Of a stretch of 37,710 nt of DNA, positions 34,665 to 37,710 are shown one piece after another. The DNA comes from a virus (Duplodnaviria > Caudoviricetes). The position numbers and the translations under genes were made by a program. A model generated the notes under the pieces. That model worked only from the letters and a program-made list of their open reading frames with translations. It was not told the origin of the DNA and did not search any database. The DNA lies in IMG/VR virus record IMGVR_UViG_3300020045_006323, positions 1 to 37,710 of that record. One strand, written 5' to 3'. Position 1 is the first letter of the stretch, and every line of letters starts with the position of its first letter.

Positions 34665-37600
34665 TCATACAGCAGGGCCTATGTAGAGGTCGTCAAGCGT
34701 GTTATCGCGGGCAACTGTCAGATCGGTGGATAGCACGAACCGATTAGTTGATGGCATGGCGTCAAGCACTTGCGGGGCAGCGTTGTCAGTGGAAGTTTGT
34801 GCTACGCCGTTAATCAACACAGTGAATGTGTTACCCACAACTCTGAATACACAAAGGTTGGCCGCAGGGTTCGCGTAAGACCAACTTGTGTTTGTGCCGC
34901 CTGCGTTGGTGAAGCTGACCCGAAGTGTAGAGGTTGCGTTGCTTTTGAAGAATGCAACACGTGTGCCAGCGTTGATGTTTGCTGGGTCTGCCAAGCGAAT
35001 GACAGGACCGCCAGCGTTCGGGAATTTCGCGCGGACCTCATAGTTATCAACAAGACTGATATCTGGCAGGCGGTAAACGGTTGTGCCAGTACCAGCCTCG
35101 TTTCGCACCGCACCACCGCTAAGAACCAAACGATTTTCATTGCCGCTGGTACGGACATATCCCGCCCGATCATCAAGGAACTGGCCAGATGGGCTTGCAA
35201 AGTCATCCGCAAATGACGGCACAGCTTCAATCTGGTCTGTCACGGTGACTGCGATGCTGAACGGCGCAGATACAACGCCTGCGAACGAGGTGCAAGTCAC
35301 CTGCACATCATAAATGTTATTGCCCCCCGTATCGTCAGGCGCTTCATAGTCTTTTGTGCCGTTCGATGCCCAACGCAGAACCCACTGATTAGCGACGAAT
35401 GCCACTTCAAAATCAGCAGCATCTACCCCACCCGTAATCGCCCACCGCACAAGGCCGGTGTTCGCTTTCAACGGGATTGATAGCAGTTCGTTTTCGATGT
35501 TGTTGTGTGCAGGGCCGGTGACAACGACAGGCGTTTCATTTGCGCCGATTGCCGTCTCTGGAATGCTTTCCGGCAATATCGGCAACTCTGGCTTGGTGGC
35601 CATTGGATCAACCGTGTTTGCAGTCAAGAACCCGCTGTCGAAACCAACTAGAGTTACGTCGATTGAATAGACGAAGTGATCGCCGGTTGCACGGTCCAAG
35701 TCATTGAACCAGAGCCGCGACTTCCATGTGCCAGCATCGTTAAAGCACCCGTTGCGGTATGCAATTTCAGTGCCGGTCGTCCACAATGGAATTCGTGCAC
35801 CCTTAGGTGACATACCCGAATGGCCGCTTTCAGGCGACTGATGATCTCCGACACGGCGATACCCCACGCTGTCCACCACGAATGCGGCAATCGACATAGT
35901 GGCGTTGCCCGTTGGCGATACCGACAAGTCAGACGATGGATCAACCACAACGTAAGGCGGCTCCCCGACGGCAGGGCACGGATTGGCCGTCCTGAATGTG
36001 CTGTCAGGGCCGAACGGTGCCAACGGGTAAGGCTGTGGCAGGCTTGCCGATGTGATGTCTGCCCAAGTGCGCGGGATTGCCGTTGTCGCACCTGTAATCG
36101 TCCACGGCCCCATGACGCCATAGGTGTTCTTGGTTGTGGGATCGACGCCAAAGTCTGTATTGCTTGCGCCTTGGAATGGTGTCGTCACACCCCATGCACC
36201 AGCGCCCCAGCCTATATCGATCCAATAGCACTGGTATGCGATATTCAAGCCGGTATCGACAAAGCCACGGTTCATGCGCTCAAGCCGCATGTTGACGAAG
36301 GTTTGCTCCCACGACACAGCGCCGATAAATGCACCCGTCGACGATCCTTGGTCACGCCCGATCCAGACGCTATCGTAGATGTAATAGACGAATGTGTAGT
36401 TTGAGATTGCATAGGCGGTGTGGCAGTTGATGCAGTGGAACCGCTTGAAAATGAACGGCGTCTTGTCGGTCCGGTCTGTGAACTGCTGGTGCGCTTTGAA
36501 AAACCCATCTTGGCAGCCATAGGCATGGTTGTCGAAGAAGTCGGGAACCTGCGCTTCTTCAACGCCGTATGTGTCGGCATCCAGCCCGTAATCTTGATCC
36601 ACAAAGCTACTGCCGCCTTGTGTTATCGGATCACGATAGCGCAAACTGTGTTCATCGGGAATGCGCTTCAAGATATTCATGGCCTGTTGCAGATAGACCC
36701 AGCCAACCCTTGACGAATGCGCTGTGTTGCCTTGCTGCAAGATTTGGCGGGCTTGGTTCTCATAGGCCGCACCCATGTGCCCGTTATGGTTTTCCCATAT
36801 CTCTTGGCGCTCACCCCATTCGTATATGAAGCCGTCACCACGCGCCCATGCCACCGTGTTGTTGATCCATTGGCCGGTTTCGTTGCCAAGTTCGCTTACA
36901 ACGCCAGCGCCACGGACGTTGTAGACAACGCAATCTTCAATCGCTGCACGGCTATCGTGATGGGTAATTGCCCAGCCCGGTATCGGATATTCAGCAGGTG
37001 GTGCCCATGACGACACAGCCTTAAGCACAACCTGCTTGCGACCGAAGTAAGCGCCGGTCCGGTGAATGTGCCAAGGATAGCGGCCACGGACATTATTAAC
37101 GTCAGTGATGGGCGTTGATGTGCCTGAACTGGCGTAGCGGATAACCCCGCCCGGATCAGCCAACGACGGGTCAGTGTCCGTGCGGCCCAAGTTCTTACCT
37201 TCGGCATAACGAATCTCAACATCGTCATGGAGCATGAACATCATGTGCGCGCGTTTTTGACGGACGGACAGATTAGCGCCTGACCAGATCGCGGTGTCGT
37301 TGCTGTCAGCCGTGCGGAAGCGGATCGAGTGCGTCAACATCGCCACGATTGGCTTTAGGTCAATCACTTCACCATGTGGCAAGGTGCGGGTGTAACGGTT
37401 GTGCGCATAGGTCAACGCACTGTTCAGTGTGACCGTGTTGCCGGAAATAGCCGTGATCGTGCGCACTTCGTCTTGACTGAGCATGTGTGTGCCACGAGTG
37501 CGGACAGTCGAGTTATAGGCATTAAAATGCTGATTTGGGCCAAGGTATTGCGTGTCTGTTCCGGATGTGCCCGCATACTCCGTAGCAGTGATAAGGATTT

Positions 37601-37710
37601 CGTCGCCAATCTGCCAACCTGTAGGCACATCGTCGAACGTGATCGTCGTTGCACCGGCTGCAATGGTATCAGTGGCAAACAGGCGCGAAGTCTTGGCAGC
37701 GCCTTGGATG
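34665..37710 (-). CDS. Large G8/CEMIP-PKHD1-like beta-helix protein with cadherin-like and beta-sandwich C-terminal domains (5' truncated)
   Basis: Frame open to window end (IQGAAKTSRL..PTGWQIGDEILIT); DEVRTI..LTYAH, RGRYPWHIH, GVVSELGNETG; cadherin-like ITGGVDAADF..DYEAPDDTGGNNIYDVQVT. Confidence 0.78.
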   Translation of the reverse strand, partial: IQGAAKTSRLFATDTIAAGATTITFDDVPTGWQIGDEILITATEYAGTSGTDTQYLGPNQHFNAYNSTVRTRGTHMLSQDEVRTITAISGNTVTLNSALTYAHNRYTRTLPHGEVIDLKPIVAMLTHSIRFRTADSNDTAIWSGANLSVRQKRAHMMFMLHDDVEIRYAEGKNLGRTDTDPSLADPGGVIRYASSGTSTPITDVNNVRGRYPWHIHRTGAYFGRKQVVLKAVSSWAPPAEYPIPGWAITHHDSRAAIEDCVVYNVRGAGVVSELGNETGQWINNTVAWARGDGFIYEWGERQEIWENHNGHMGAAYENQARQILQQGNTAHSSRVGWVYLQQAMNILKRIPDEHSLRYRDPITQGGSSFVDQDYGLDADTYGVEEAQVPDFFDNHAYGCQDGFFKAHQQFTDRTDKTPFIFKRFHCINCHTAYAISNYTFVYYIYDSVWIGRDQGSSTGAFIGAVSWEQTFVNMRLERMNRGFVDTGLNIAYQCYWIDIGWGAGAWGVTTPFQGASNTDFGVDPTTKNTYGVMGPWTITGATTAIPRTWADITSASLPQPYPLAPFGPDSTFRTANPCPAVGEPPYVVVDPSSDLSVSPTGNATMSIAAFVVDSVGYRRVGDHQSPESGHSGMSPKGARIPLWTTGTEIAYRNGCFNDAGTWKSRLWFNDLDRATGDHFVYSIDVTLVGFDSGFLTANTVDPMATKPELPILPESIPETAIGANETPVVVTGPAHNNIENELLSIPLKANTGLVRWAITGGVDAADFEVAFVANQWVLRWASNGTKDYEAPDDTGGNNIYDVQVTCTSFAGVVSAPFSIAVTVTDQIEAVPSFADDFASPSGQFLDDRAGYVRTSGNENRLVLSGGAVRNEAGTGTTVYRLPDISLVDNYEVRAKFPNAGGPVIRLADPANINAGTRVAFFKSNATSTLRVSFTNAGGTNTSWSYANPAANLCVFRVVGNTFTVLINGVAQTSTDNAAPQVLDAMPSTNRFVLSTDLTVARDNTLDDLYIGPAV

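Noticed and set aside
1-37710. Diversity-generating retroelement, retron or DNA-modification cluster
   Set aside because: No reverse transcriptase, TR/VR pair, methyltransferase or base-modification enzymes recognised.

Overview
Most of a temperate, siphovirus-type phage genome. GapR/DUF2312 and an alphaproteobacterial-type LexA DNA-binding domain point to an alphaproteobacterial host; Sphingomonadales is a guess. The minus strand (about 21,100 down to 1) carries cro, replication genes, terminase, portal, head, neck, tail tube, a frameshifted tail chaperone, tape measure and tail-tip genes. The plus strand (about 21,200 to 34,560) carries a peptidase-less cI, ERF/exonuclease/SSB/NinB recombination genes, GapR, a ParB-like protein, Xis-like gene and tyrosine integrase, an apparently intact attP (tRNA 3'-end core with six arm repeats), many small accessory genes and a tRNA-like RNA. 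A large G8/CEMIP-like beta-helix plus cadherin-like gene runs in from the right edge. No lysis genes were recognised; they may lie outside the window. Best leads: (1) a GIY-YIG nuclease fused to a copy of the integrase N-terminal domain, encoded among the attP arm sites; (2) a shared promoter plus three C-AGC-G hairpins upstream of both capsid and tape-measure genes; (3) an acyl-carrier-protein-like gene lacking the phosphopantetheine Ser; (4) a tRNA-Ser-like RNA with a collapsed anticodon loop; (5) an inversion junction in the tail-fibre gene. All family calls are by-eye motif recognition, not database searches.
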